Shown here: in pieces, positions 1 through 12,118 of the stretch
Layout of the letters: each line of letters opens with the position of its first letter
Position numbering within the stretch: the stretch's first letter is position 1
Source: Histomonas meleagridis 2922-C6/04-290x
Taxonomy: Eukaryota > Protista > Parabasalia
Direction: 5' to 3'
DNA: 64,000 nucleotides
NCBI GenBank assembly: GCA_020184695.1
Contig: JAANOX010000142.1
Location: 186,001-250,000 of the forward strand
Position numbers and translations under genes: made by a program
The notes under the pieces: model-generated
Seen by the model: only the letters and a program-made list of their open reading frames with translations
Database searches by the model: none
What the model was told of the DNA's origin: nothing

Positions 1-1
1 T

Positions 2-541
2 CCACCTCAAAAAACTCTTATAAATCTTGTTGAAAAATTAAAAAATCGTTACACAGATATTGATGAACTTTCTCAAATGGAGTTATGGTGTACTGAAATT
101 CTATCTTCTGGAACACCTTATGGAGTGGCATTAGATAAAACGTTTCGTTTAATTCGTCAACAAATAGAAAAGGAAGAAGAAGAGGAAGAAGAAGAGGAAG
201 AAAAAGATGATGACGCAAAATACTTACCAATGTACTCCAGAGACGATTATTACTTTTGTAAAGGAATAGTTTTTGATATAATTAATGATATCATCAAAAA
301 CAACAAGAAAGTTCTACCTCTAGAATCCATAAATCACTATTCAAAGATATTAAATAGTCGTAACATTAGTTCATGTGATTTATCACTTTTTTTCATGTGG
401 GGTACAGAAGACATGGATTATGATCCATCTTTTCAAAATGCTGCAGATTCAACATTTGATTTGATTTATCAAAATTTAAATGACTATGGTGATGAAGAAC
501 CTTTGGAAGAAGAAGAGAATCGAATACAGGAGGAAAAATAA
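2..541 (+). CDS. Hypothetical acidic protein, 5' end outside the window
   Basis: Frame of ORF 77..541 stays open back to base 2. Contains a poly-Glu (GAA/GAG) run and ends TAA. No family recognised. Confidence 0.5.
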   Translation, partial: PPQKTLINLVEKLKNRYTDIDELSQMELWCTEILSSGTPYGVALDKTFRLIRQQIEKEEEEEEEEEEKDDDAKYLPMYSRDDYYFCKGIVFDIINDIIKNNKKVLPLESINHYSKILNSRNISSCDLSLFFMWGTEDMDYDPSFQNAADSTFDLIYQNLNDYGDEEPLEEEENRIQEEK

Positions 542-1262
542 CTCGAAATAAATTTAACAAAAAAATTATTAATAACTTAATATACCCTCAAACTGTTAAT
601 TTTTTTTGATGAGGCATTATTATTTTTCTATCTTTTATATTTACGTACATTAATGTGAACAATATGAATACTGTTATTTTCAAAAATCCGTGGACAGCCG
701 ATAGGAAATTCTATTAACGATAAATGATTTTCAGAGCACTGCTTTGAAATAAGTGGAAGCATGATGACGAAAATACTTCCTGTCGGCCAGTGGGGATTTT
801 TACTTGTCCGGGGCTGTATAAAAATTATTGAATAATACATCATCATGTACACTAATTAGTTTAAAAATTTGGAAATATGCAAAATATTTTTCTGAGAACA
901 ACTATGGAGTTTTGAAATGTATTCCCTAATCAAAATTAAAAAGTCGCAATCAGATAAACAGACTATGGGGAAATGAAGATATGCGGAAAAAGATAAAATG
1001 TTGTAAATAAATTATCAATTTTATTTTCTGTGTTTATTAACGGTCGAAATAACGGTTTAATTTTGGCCGGACAACTTATCATATAAAAAGTGGTGTCGAA
1101 GATTTCGATTCAATGCCATTGAAAATTTCAGTGCTTTTAAAATCGCGATTCTATATATTATTAAAATTTAAAAAAAAGTTTGCACTAATAATATTAGAAT
1201 TATCAAAATTTCTTGAAATTAAAAACATTCGGTTCGCACTGGGTTGTTATGATTTACTTTAT

Positions 1263-1290
1263 AATTTCCGGCCGCTTGTGGTCGGAAATT
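1263..1290. other. GC-cored hairpin upstream of the Helitron ORF
   Basis: AATTTCCGGCC-GCTTGT-GGTCGGAAATT forms an 11-bp stem (one G-T pair) in AT-rich DNA, about 210 bp upstream of the Helitron ATG. Confidence 0.6.
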
Positions 1291-1501
1291 TTAAAGTAAA
1301 TCATAACAACCAGCTCACCTCATGTTTTATTTATATGTTATATTAATTACAAAATTTTTTTTTATCATGTTTTTTTACCCCTAAATTATTATTATCAATT
1401 CTTCCTAGATTTAACTTTGACATCTCAATGATCGGGTGATCATATTTGAGTTAAAAATTCTATGCTCACAGAAAAACCTCATAATCTCTTCACTTCTCTA
1501 A

Positions 1502-4500
1502 ATGGAATTCTACAATGAATTCTTCGCCATAAACAGATTCATTTTCGATCATTTAACCAACAAGACAATAAAGCCTACTCTTTCTTCTCTTTTTTCTTCT
1601 TTGTGTTATTCTGTTTCTTCATTCCGTACTCAACTTTTAAAGTTTAATCTTCCAACAAGAATTAATAGACTTATTTCATTAGCAAAATCTGCCACCGTTA
1701 ATTCAGACCCCCCTCAAATTTACGTTTTACTAAAAGATTGTAATGACAATGATACACGTTTGAATTCTCTGTACATTGAACACTTTAAACAGTTAAAACC
1801 TTATCATTTCGACTTTTTAAATCTACTAAAAAAATATTCAAGTCATTCTTTACCACCAATATTAGATTATGACAAAAATTATGAATCGGATTATAAAAAT
1901 TATTTTATGTGGAATAGTTCTATACATATTATGCAAGATATTAAAATATTCAATCGTAAAATGGAAGAAATGTATGATAATATTCCGGAAATATTCAAAT
2001 CACTTGATGGTGATCAACGATTTCTTATTAATAGCAATTTATCAATCGGTTTTTTATATGGTAATGTTCAAATTGAAAATGGTGGTATTGGTTCACCTCA
2101 CTCTCATGGAACATTTTTTTTCAAGTTCAAGAAAAAGTGGTACAGGGTATCTAAACTTAGATTCCCTATTAAACAGCCATAAAAAGCCTGACATGGAGAA
2201 ACTGAATTCTATTTTAAATTAACTGATAAATAATAACCCGTTATATTCAGAAATTGCTCCACTGGATGTAAATTTCTACAGAACAAAAATCGATCCAGCT
2301 TTTGCATCAAACAATGATGTTATTGGTATTGCTGAGATACCCATTAGCGAAAATCAAAATAGCAATAAAATTGATTATACAAAAATACCAATTACATTGC
2401 CAAATTCCGAGAAATATGGTGAAATAATTTATGTTGATATATAACAGGCTCTATTAATGTGTTTTCCTATAATATTCCCTTTTGGCAATATGCCAATCAT
2501 TCCCGGTAAAACAATTCGCCAAAAAGCTGCTGTTCTTTTCGGTTCTCATTATTTGTTTAGGTGTGGTAGATTACAGTGTACAATTTTTCTTTTTTTATAT
2601 AATGCTATAATGGCTAAAAAAGCTTCTTTTATAAATAATAGAATTAATCTTCACGTGTTAAATTAGATATTAGATTTTGCCCGTTTGAGGAAATGTTAAT
2701 TCGGAAAAAAAGATTTACAAAAATTAAAAAAGATGGATTTAATCATTTAATTAAAAATATGAACTTTGGTGAAGTTACTAATTATTGCTGGCGTTTAGAA
2801 TTTCAAGCCAGAGGTGCACCACATGTTCATGCATTAATATGGCTTAAAGACAGATTAGAAAACATTTCTCGAAATTTTTTTGCATCTTTACCTTCTTCTA
2901 TTACACCAAAATTATCTGAATTAGTGAGGACCAACATGATTCATGAGTGTAAATTAATTAGGTGCAAAAAAGGTGATGAAACCGCCGCATGCAAATATGG
3001 CTTTCCCAAACAATCTTGCAATAGTATACATATTGACGAAAATGGTAATTTAGTTTTACCTAGAAATGACAATGAAAAAAGAATTGTGGAATACTCACCT
3101 TATTTTTTATTAACTTGGGGTGGTCATTGTCACATACATATTTTAAAAAATTCAGTTCATACAGAATGTTCAGCAAATGCTATACATTATATCGTTAAAT
3201 ATAATTTCAAAGCTGAACCAAATCTTAGAGTTCAAGTGGAACGTCAAAATGATACAAATGCAAATCCTTATCAAACCTTATTTCATGCTAGAATAGTATC
3301 TGTTGAAGAAGCTGTAACTAAAATTGTTTCTTATGAATATTTCGGATCAAGCATGTCTTCCACATATTTAACATTAAAACCTCCAGAAAGTAGGAAAACT
3401 TTATATAGAGATGGTGTTCAAATGCAACACCTATCGAAAAATATTTCAATCGACCAAAATGTTTAGAAAGTATTAATATTCTTGATTATTTATCATTTTA
3501 TGATATCGTTCCATCCAATTATTCAAACAAACAATATATTGATAAAATTAATAGAGGAAATAGTCCTGAACAAGCAGCAATTATTTTAAATAAGCCAAAT
3601 CGAACAGAACGACCAAGTAATACTCTTGCTGTCGGATCAAAATGGGAAGAATATAATTTAAATCCATTGGTTTTAATTGATTCAGAAGATTTTTTATATC
3701 CTGCTGAAAATTTAGAAAATGCTGAAGCTCTTAAAATTATGAGAAGGGGTAAGCCCCAAATAATATTAACTGAACGTTTTACAGTTACATTAAATATTGA
3801 TGATTTCTGCTATCTTAAAACTGTCCTTGCAAATTGCTGGAGATCAGACGAAGAAATTAAATCACATCAAGAAAGTTGGCAACAATCAATGGAATATCAT
3901 GGCGTTTCAATTCCAGAAGAAGATCATATATTTCAATATTATATAAAATTTGATTATTTATATGCTAAATTCTCCAAGATATAATACTCAAGATTTTATT
4001 ACAAATATATCTTCAATGAATTATGATATGTTTCCTTTTCTCAATGCTTTGAAAAATAAAATAAATAATGAAAATCAAATCAAAATTGATCAAGTATTAA
4101 ATTATATTAGATCAATAAATATTATAAATACAGATGTAATAACTGATATATCTAATCGTCCTCAAATTTTCAGATAAATAAATATATATGTTATTCATTT
4201 AATAATCAAGAAATCAATAAATCTAACATTAATTTAGCAAATTTCGAGCGAAAATTTAACGATGGAGAGCGTTATATATTCAATCAAGTTAAGAATAGAT
4301 TATTAGCCGGACAACAATTAACTGCATTTATAAAAGGAAAAGCAGGGACAGGAAAAAGTTTTCTTATCAATTCCATAATAAATTTGTTGAAAATCAATGA
4401 AATTCCATATGTTGTATGTGCTTCTACAAGTATGGCAGCAAGTTTAATAGATGGTAAAACAGTTCATCCAACATTTGGATTATTTACTATAAAAAAAAAT

Positions 4501-5761
4501 AATATTGAAGAAATTATCTGTTCATTGGATGTTTCAAAGCCAAATGGACTAGCTATGACTTATGCTAAAGTGATTATAATTGATGAAGTAACAATGATGT
4601 ATGCTAAAGTTCTTTTTGCGCTTGAAAATGGTCTGCGAAAAATTATGGCACAGAAAAAAGTGTATTTGGAATTTCTCCTTTTGAAGGCAAAAGTATTTTA
4701 TTATTTGAAAATTTAGCACAAGTACCTGCAGTAACAAGAGCATCTGACGATTTCCTATAGTCACTTCAGCAATTTTATGAAAGTGCTACATTTACTGAGT
4801 TTATCCAATGGGAATTGAAAACACTAATGCGGCAATTAGAGGATGAGATAATATTTATAAAACTTTTAGAAAATATCCGACAGCATAAAGATGGTGAACC
4901 TCTAGATCCTGAAGTAGAATAAGAACTCAAAAAAAGATTTTGTCCTGGAAAAGTCGATGATTTACTCGAAGCAATAGATTTTTTCGTTGGTGGTGATAAT
5001 CCTAATGGTATGGTTATTACATTATCAAATCAACATGCACAAATGTATAACATGTTAATATTAGAAAAAAAAAAAACGAAATCTATAATTGCAAAAAAAT
5101 AAAGATTGAAGCACAATTTTTCGTTCGTCAACAAAACTTTTATGTTGGTAATTCAAATGATAGAATAGAAGATGCTATAAGAAGACAATTATCAATTTCA
5201 GATATACGTGCTGCTACTAAATCTGAAATTGGAATCTTATGTGGAACAATGAAAAAAAATATAATTCGATCATTTCATTACAATTAATAATTTCTAATGG
5301 TGCAAGAGTCATGCTATATCAAAAATGTTAATGTTGAACGTCATTTAATAAATGGTTCGAGAGGTTATGTAAATAGATATGATGAACAACTTGATGTTCT
5401 ATTTATTCGATTTGATACTCAGGATAGCAGTGAAAATCCAGTAATGGTAACAAGAACAAAATCGACTGAGTATCAAATTAATAATGGAAAGATAATTTTT
5501 ATGTATCAATTCCCTGTAAAGTTATCATGGGCAGTTACTGCACATAAAAGCCAAGGTCAAACACTAGAAAAATGTGCAATTGATATCGGTGAAAAGGCTT
5601 TCGCCCATGGATCACTTTATGTGGCTTTATCTAGAGTGAAGTCTTTAAATAATGTAATGCTATTTGGTTTGAATAAATGGCCAGATGGTGAACCTACATT
5701 TCATATAAATCCTTATATTCAAACAAAACAAAATGAACAGGCCGAAAATGAGTTTGAATAA
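1502..5761 (+). mobile_element. Degenerate Helitron-like element (Rep/HUH endonuclease plus PIF1 helicase), with multiple frameshifts and stops
   Basis: Fragments occur in Helitron order: DUF6570-like region (LINNNPLYSEI, CFPIIFPFG); HUH motif WRLEFQARGAPHVHALIW; CKYGFPK; catalytic YIVKYNFK; Walker A GKAGTGKSFLI at about 4335; IIIDEVTMM; QFPVKLSWAVTAHKSQGQTL; GSLYVALSRVKS. ATG 1502 is preceded by Inr-like TCACTT. Termini not found. Confidence 0.9.
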
Positions 5762-6285
5762 AAGACCATAAACAAATTTTTTATTTAATTTTGATATGAG
5801 TGAGTTATATATTAGTTTGTTGATATTTAAAACAACTAAACGCTTTAACATAGTTTTCTTTCTGTTCTATTGTCACTTTTCTTGTTTTATTGTTATTCTT
5901 GATATGCCACAATTCTAATCTTTTTGATGCTCCAATATATAAATCAAATGACTCCCTATTTGCAATGGATCCAGCAATTATAGGACGTTCACTTAGACGT
6001 CATTCTCGACCAATCAATCTAAATTATTGTGAAAATAATTTAGGGCAAGACCCACAATATGATGATCTACAAAGTACACTTTTTACAGACACACTTATTA
6101 TATGAAAAATATAAATGTATTTTTTTTGTAAACAATTTTCAAATAAATCAATTTTTTTTATTCTTTATTTTGATTAATATCCATAACTAAGCATTTCCAT
6201 TATATTTTACGCTTCTCATTTACTTAATTTTTTTACCAAAATTAATTCCACTTCCACAAGTTTTCGGTATATTTACTCATAAAAA

Positions 6286-6960
6286 TGGGTTTCTTCCTAT
6301 ATGTTCTTTTCTTTTTTTGTGTACACATTTGAAGAATTCTTAAATGAAACATGTACGTTTCAATTAATAGTCAATTTGAGGAAAGAAAAACATATAACTC
6401 ACAAGTGAAGTTGTTGTTTTAAACTCTGCTTTTAGTGGAAAGATTACTTTAGTTACTGTGTCAATAGGAAATGGAGTTACTAAACTTAGATTTGAAAAAT
6501 TTTGAGACTGCATTTACCTCAAAAATGTTAAAATTGGCTGCAGTTAACGATTAGTGAAGCGCTATTATAAATTGGGAAAACATGAAATATTTAAATTTTG
6601 ATTCAGAAAAGTATTGAAATTATAATATGAGAGAAATTCCTATCCTGCAGTAAAAGGAAATAAGTATGAGATACCAACAGGAGTGTTAGAATTGGAGCTT
6701 GCGCATTTCATTCAATCAGGAAAATATTAAAAGCATTGAGAAATTTGCATTTTGCTTTTATGCAAAATTTATATCATTTAATATATCAAATTTTGTTATT
6801 ACGATTTTAGAGAGGTCATTTCATTATATTGCTCAAGGACATTGTGTTGGTATTATTGCAAGCTATGCATTATGTTCATGTGCTAACCTCAAATCTGTGT
6901 GTTTTTATGACGAAATAAGAAACAAACAACGAAAACAAAATCGTTGTCAAATGTAAATAA
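6286..6960 (+). pseudogene. BspA-like LRR_5 surface protein pseudogene
   Basis: ATG 6286 plus hydrophobic leader, then broken LRR_5 pieces (VTVSIGNGVTKL, IKSIEKFAF, IIASYALCSCANLKSVCFY) with stops and frameshifts. Confidence 0.65.
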
Positions 6961-7453
6961 TAATATTTCATCAAATAGGGGAGGAAAGCGCGAAGATGTG
7001 AACAATGAATTTAATAAATTGATAACGGAAGACAGGACCAATGAATTTGTGTATAATAATATATGTTGAAATGTGGTAATAAAAAGTTTTTCTGTTTTTG
7101 TTTATTGTGAATCATTTTATATAAAAAGATGTGGAAGTGATGCTCATCAAACAAACGTAAACTGAGGAATCAAACTACAATAGCACTCAGTTCTATAATA
7201 ATAATATCTTATCGCATGCTTAATTTTAATACTACTGCAAGCGATTTCAAAAAATAAGGACATTCATTTACACCATTGTTATTACATATATATGTTGGCA
7301 TAACACCATACGCATGTAATTTTGTAAGTATTGATTTGTTTGGATGTTTCCTTCAATTCCAAATTGCATTGATTTATAAGATACCGAACATGGAAAATTC
7401 GCAAAAAACAATTTTTTACATAACAACAATGGCTTTTCCCGATGAGGAACAAG

Positions 7454-8152
7454 TCATTTATTGGTGTATCTCGTGCGCGTTGTGTTCATTTTTTTCTCTA
7501 TTTGGACAAGTTCATTCTTTAGATTTGTATTCTCTTTTTTCAATTTTGCAATTTGGACTTCAATTTCCTTTTTTTCTTGACTCCTTTTTGCCCTAAGTTC
7601 AGTCAATTTTCGCTCTAATTGAACAACTTCGTCAGAGAGATCTTTTAGATTATCTTCTAGCAAAAGTCGTTGTTTGGTAATTTCTGCTTGGGCATGCTTG
7701 CTCCTGGCGCTCTCGATCATCTCTTTTCTTTTGGCATTATGTATTTCTTCAAGTTGCTTCAGATGATCGATTTGTGAATTTTTTGCATCAATACGCATTT
7801 GTTCTAAAAGCTGGCGATCTTCTAATAACATTTTATATGATTTTGCATTGGAAATTTTTAGTTTTTCATTAGAATGAATGATTTTTTTATTTTGTGATTT
7901 GATTAAATCAATTTCTTGAAGCATTTTCTCCATCTCTTGTATTTCAGAATCTAGTATTGAAGGAACAACTTTTGCTTTAATCTTTTTCCGGTATTTTTTG
8001 GTCTTTCCTTCAATTCGAAATTTTGGAAGTAAAACATGAGAATTTTCTTGCTTTTCTTCAATAGCTTCATCTACGCCAAGTGCATTGACTAATGCTATGT
8101 TCTCTGTAATATCTTTATGGATCCATTCTTTTAGTTTTCTTTCTGGATCCAT
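7454..8152 (-). CDS. Coiled-coil hypothetical protein (232 aa)
   Basis: Intact ATG ORF, E/K/L-rich heptad pattern. Confidence 0.8.
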   Translation of the reverse strand: MDPERKLKEWIHKDITENIALVNALGVDEAIEEKQENSHVLLPKFRIEGKTKKYRKKIKAKVVPSILDSEIQEMEKMLQEIDLIKSQNKKIIHSNEKLKISNAKSYKMLLEDRQLLEQMRIDAKNSQIDHLKQLEEIHNAKRKEMIESARSKHAQAEITKQRLLLEDNLKDLSDEVVQLERKLTELRAKRSQEKKEIEVQIAKLKKENTNLKNELVQIEKKMNTTRTRYTNK

Positions 8153-8175
8153 TTAGGAGGACGTTAACCGACCGT

Positions 8176-9480
8176 TTATTTTATTTCAAGAAAATTTGCA
8201 AAAGATTTTGCTAAACGCGCAACACCTTCTTCGTTATCATCCATTCTTTCCAAAAGAAAATCTAAGAATGTCTCATTTTCTGTTATTTCCGCCTTAATTT
8301 TTTGAAGAATTTGTAAATTGCTAATTTGAGAAATCCTATTTAAAGACTCTAATAAAGAATAAGAATCATCTTCACAAACATTTGTGTTTTTAATTAATAT
8401 CATAAAACAATCACTAAAATCGAATTTATTTAAAGTTGAGACCGAAACATTTGTAATGATTTCAGTTATAAAATCGTATTCTATTCTAATTTCTTTAAAT
8501 TTTTTATTCATTTCGAATGTTGAAACTGCATATAAAAAGAACTCTGATGTTACCAATTGTTCAACAATTGATTCATCATGATAAATAAACTCAATTAATA
8601 ATTTATATATTAAATATTTATTTGATTTATCAAGAAAAAGTAAATCCTTTAAAATGACAAAAATATTATTCGCAAATAAATAAGAATCTCCTTCAGGAAC
8701 ATATTTACTTAACGTTAAAAAAAGCTCAATCACATTTTCTTGTATCTTAATGCTTTGGAAAATATGATCAAGAAAATGATTTAATAAATTATTTTCAACA
8801 AAAAATTTCCCAAAAAAAATATTTTTCTCAATAAAAACACAAAAAGCTTGAATTGTGGTAGAAACAATTAAAGAATTATTCGAAGAAAGTAAAAAAATTG
8901 AAAATGAAAATAAAGAAATAACAAGTAAAATAAGTTGCTGTGGATCATTCGGACAAATGCTTTCTGCAAGTGATTCTAAAAGATTAGAAAATTTAAGTTT
9001 CAACTCATCATCAACTTCTGGTGTTATCTCTCTTTGAATAGTTTCGAAAAGGCCTACATTAAATACAGCATTTCGACATTCAATATCTACTTGTATTAAA
9101 TTTGAAATAATATCAATGGTTTCTTCAAAAGGATAACGTATCAAAATGGTGTCAATTAAACCATTTTCCAAAATAAAGTGAGTCGTTTGTGGAGAAAAAC
9201 TTGTTAAGTAATGAAGAAGTTGAAAAGATAAATTGTGAATATGGAAGTTTTGCGAATTTGCTAAAACAATTGTCCTTAAAATAACTTCTTGAGGTATTAT
9301 AACATTAAAGTTACTTGTGATACGAATGAAAAATTGAAGAGAAGAAATTTGAAGTTCCTCATTTTCTGAAAAAAGCATGTCCATGTTTTCATAAATGTTT
9401 TTTTGATCAAAGGAGCCAAAATTCTTTAAATCTTTATTTGAAAATTTTGGGAGATGTGATTTCTTTTTTATTGTTATCAT
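8176..9480 (-). CDS. ARM/HEAT-repeat protein, importin-alpha-like fold
   Basis: 434-aa ORF of helical repeats (ILENGLIDTIL, VFNVGLFETI) typical of parabasalid importin-alpha-like ARM proteins. Confidence 0.65.
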   Translation of the reverse strand: MITIKKKSHLPKFSNKDLKNFGSFDQKNIYENMDMLFSENEELQISSLQFFIRITSNFNVIIPQEVILRTIVLANSQNFHIHNLSFQLLHYLTSFSPQTTHFILENGLIDTILIRYPFEETIDIISNLIQVDIECRNAVFNVGLFETIQREITPEVDDELKLKFSNLLESLAESICPNDPQQLILLVISLFSFSIFLLSSNNSLIVSTTIQAFCVFIEKNIFFGKFFVENNLLNHFLDHIFQSIKIQENVIELFLTLSKYVPEGDSYLFANNIFVILKDLLFLDKSNKYLIYKLLIEFIYHDESIVEQLVTSEFFLYAVSTFEMNKKFKEIRIEYDFITEIITNVSVSTLNKFDFSDCFMILIKNTNVCEDDSYSLLESLNRISQISNLQILQKIKAEITENETFLDFLLERMDDNEEGVARLAKSFANFLEIK

Positions 9481-9538
9481 GGAAGCGAACAGACATTGTC
9501 AATTCTTGTTATTCAAAAAGTGGATTTTGGTCTTGGAA

Positions 9539-9814
9539 ATGTCTGAACCAACTCAAGTTTCAGTTACACCAGAAGTAGAATTTTTAACACTAGATGAACT
9601 TTGCGATGAAGATAATGAAATCGTGTTTGTTCAGCATAGCCCAGAAATTTCAGCTGATCAAATTGCAAAAGAATTATTTCAACCTCAATCCCAAAAATCT
9701 CTCTTAATCTCATCAATTACATCACAGGTTCCTGTGTACCCTGTTGCATTCGATGATGGGAAAATTCACATTATAAAACCTGTTGATCGATATTACATTG
9801 CAACAAAAAAATAA
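9539..9814 (+). CDS. Small acidic hypothetical protein (91 aa from ATG 9539)
   Basis: Coding-like composition and a TAAA stop. Head-to-head with the ARM gene. Confidence 0.45.
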   Translation: MSEPTQVSVTPEVEFLTLDELCDEDNEIVFVQHSPEISADQIAKELFQPQSQKSLLISSITSQVPVYPVAFDDGKIHIIKPVDRYYIATKK

Positions 9815-10058
9815 AGTATACAGTTTGATTATAAATACATAAATAAAGTTTATTGAAAACGAAATGGTTTTTGGTAAAAAAAATTTAAAATTAATAAAAT
9901 TTAAATATTTCTAATAATTATTAAACAAATTACATTTGCGATTTTGTATTGATTAAAATGATTGTAAAATCAGTATTAAATATTTAATTTGATACATAAC
10001 ATTGGTGTAATGATTGAATGAGTTTGCAAAAGATGATCAAAAGATCAAATTTTATATA

Positions 10059-10085
10059 CAGTGTTTCCAAAAACGATAGGTCAGT
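10059..10085 (+). repeat. Left terminal inverted repeat
   Basis: CAGTGTTTCCAAAAACGATAGGTCAGT, preceded by TA (10057-10058). Confidence 0.92.
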
Positions 10086-10112
10086 CGATACGACGGTTAT
10101 GGGGTGACCACA

Positions 10113-11021
10113 ATGAATCATATGCCGATGTCCATGGTCAATGCCAGAATGGAAATCATTCATCATTTATATGATGAAAAAAACATTTCTCAAATACGCC
10201 AATTGACTGGCTATGGATGTGATATAATTCGTAAAGTAAAAATGCAAATCGAACAAGGTGATAATATGTTTTTATTAAAAAACAAAATTGGTGCACCAGC
10301 GAAACGAACTAAAGAGCTTGAAGAAGAAGTAATCAGATTAGTCACAGAAGATAGAAGGGCTGGACTTTGTAGAATTGCGAAAAATGTGACTGAAAATGGT
10401 TAACCAATAAGTAAAAGTTTAGTAGCCAATATACTACACGACAACCATTTTAATTATCTTCCGCCGAGAAAAACATTCCTATTGTCTGAAAAGGAAAAAC
10501 AATCTCGGGTATCATTTTGTAATCATCATCTTTTAAACAATACAGATTGGAAATCTGTATTGTTTACTGACGAATCACTCTTTATTCTCGGGCCGAATAG
10601 AAGGTGGCTTTGGAGAAGAAAAGGAGAGATTGACCAATGCATATATTCTCCACAAGAGAAATACCCTCAATGAATCATGGTATTTGGAGGTATTTCTTAT
10701 AACTATCATACACCTTTAATCGCGTTAACAGGAACAATTAATGCTCAGCGATATGTTTCGGATTGTATTCAAAGATCTCAGCTAATAACGGGAATGAATG
10801 AAATATATGGTGAGAAAAATTGGGTTTTGATGCAGGATGGCGCATCAATACATAAAAGCAGTTTAACGAATAATTACATAGAAGAGGAATGCAATATATT
10901 GAAGAATTGGCCTGTCAATTCCCCTGACCTCAACTTTATCGAAAATTTGTGGGCCATAATGAAAGACAGGGTTGAACAGGTCTGTCTTTCATGTGTTTTT
11001 GTTCACATGAAGCGTCAATGA
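10113..11021 (+). pseudogene. Tc1-like DD34E transposase pseudogene
   Basis: Three ORF-track pieces share one frame, broken by TAA 10401-10403 and TGA 10671-10673. Motifs: N-terminal HTH (GAPAKRT), VLFTDES, MVFGGIS, MQDGASIH, WPVNSPDLNFIENLW, with 34 residues between the second D and the E. Homology ends near 10983, so the C-terminus is missing. Confidence 0.92.
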
Positions 11022-11049
11022 ATGCCTGATTTCATAAAACGAGGAAATT

Positions 11050-11440
11050 ATTAACACCATTATTACTACATATGTCTGTTGGAGTAGCATTAAATACAAT
11101 AATTTTGTGTATGCAACTTTTGATGCTAATGAATGTATCATTAACAAATTTGCGAAAAATATTGACTTCGAAGACCTCGGACAATTTTGTTATAATATGT
11201 ATATCAATATCATTTCTATGTTGATAAAAAAATTAAACATTATTTTTTACATTGAATTTTCTATATCATCATTGATACTTTATTACCTGATACTCTCTAT
11301 ATCTTTCTATACTCATATTTAGAATTTTTTTTACCAATCATTAATTCAAATTGTATTGAAAAAGTTTTTTATAACTGTAATAAATTCATCGAAAATTATT
11401 TTGAAATATTCGAACCTTTTCCATCTATCGTTCACCGATA
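11050..11440 (+). pseudogene. Highly decayed BspA/LRR_5-like remnant
   Basis: Fragments such as LPDTLYIF and CIEKVFYNCNKF resemble LRR_5 units. Confidence 0.35.
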
Positions 11441-12118
11441 GCATATGGGGAATGACATAATTATTTTTAAAAATTTATATTTTTAATCCGATGTTTGATG
11501 TCTATTTTATTCGTAACACAAATCATTTATAATATCATATAACATCAATTTTTTCGTTAATGAGTTCAAATTAAAAATATATCCCTTTGCCATCTTTTTA
11601 ATTTTTATTTTTCCAAATACTTCATACATAAAATCAATTCTTATCTTTTAAAAAGAAATTGAACTTTAAAATAATGTGTTGAGAAATTGATCTGAATTTT
11701 AATACATTGATTTTTTGAAAAAATGAGTTAATTTGTAAAAAAACATATTTGCCAAAAAAAAATAAACTATTTTTACTTGTCACAAGAAACAAAGTCATAA
11801 TATTATGAAATATTTTATTCATATAAATAATAAAATCTTTATAGTTTATTTTCCTTTTATTTGATTTTAAAATACGGTTTAACAGTATTAACAGTATTAT
11901 TTCTTAATTGATAATACATAATCATAATGTACATCATTAAAATCAAAGAAAACTTCCAAATTTATCTTAATATTTATTTTCATTTTGAAGATATTTACCA
12001 GTAATTTCTTTTTTGAAGTGAAATTTTTGAAAGGAAGTATTCGTCTTATGTCTTTTGTGTCTTATTTTTTGGACTCACAAATCATTTTCACTATTATTTT
12101 ATTTTCGTAGTATTAAGA

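Noticed and set aside
628-852. 74-aa ORF as a phage-tail-like or MULE fragment
   Set aside because: Only a few residues resemble either family; not supportable.
5762-7450. Canonical Helitron 3' end (hairpin plus CTRR)
   Set aside because: No convincing GC hairpin followed by CTAG was found.
9819-11380. TA-CAGTT (9821) and AACTG-TA (about 11373) as the Tc1 ends
   Set aside because: Only about 7 bp match; the true 27-bp pair is 10059/14085.
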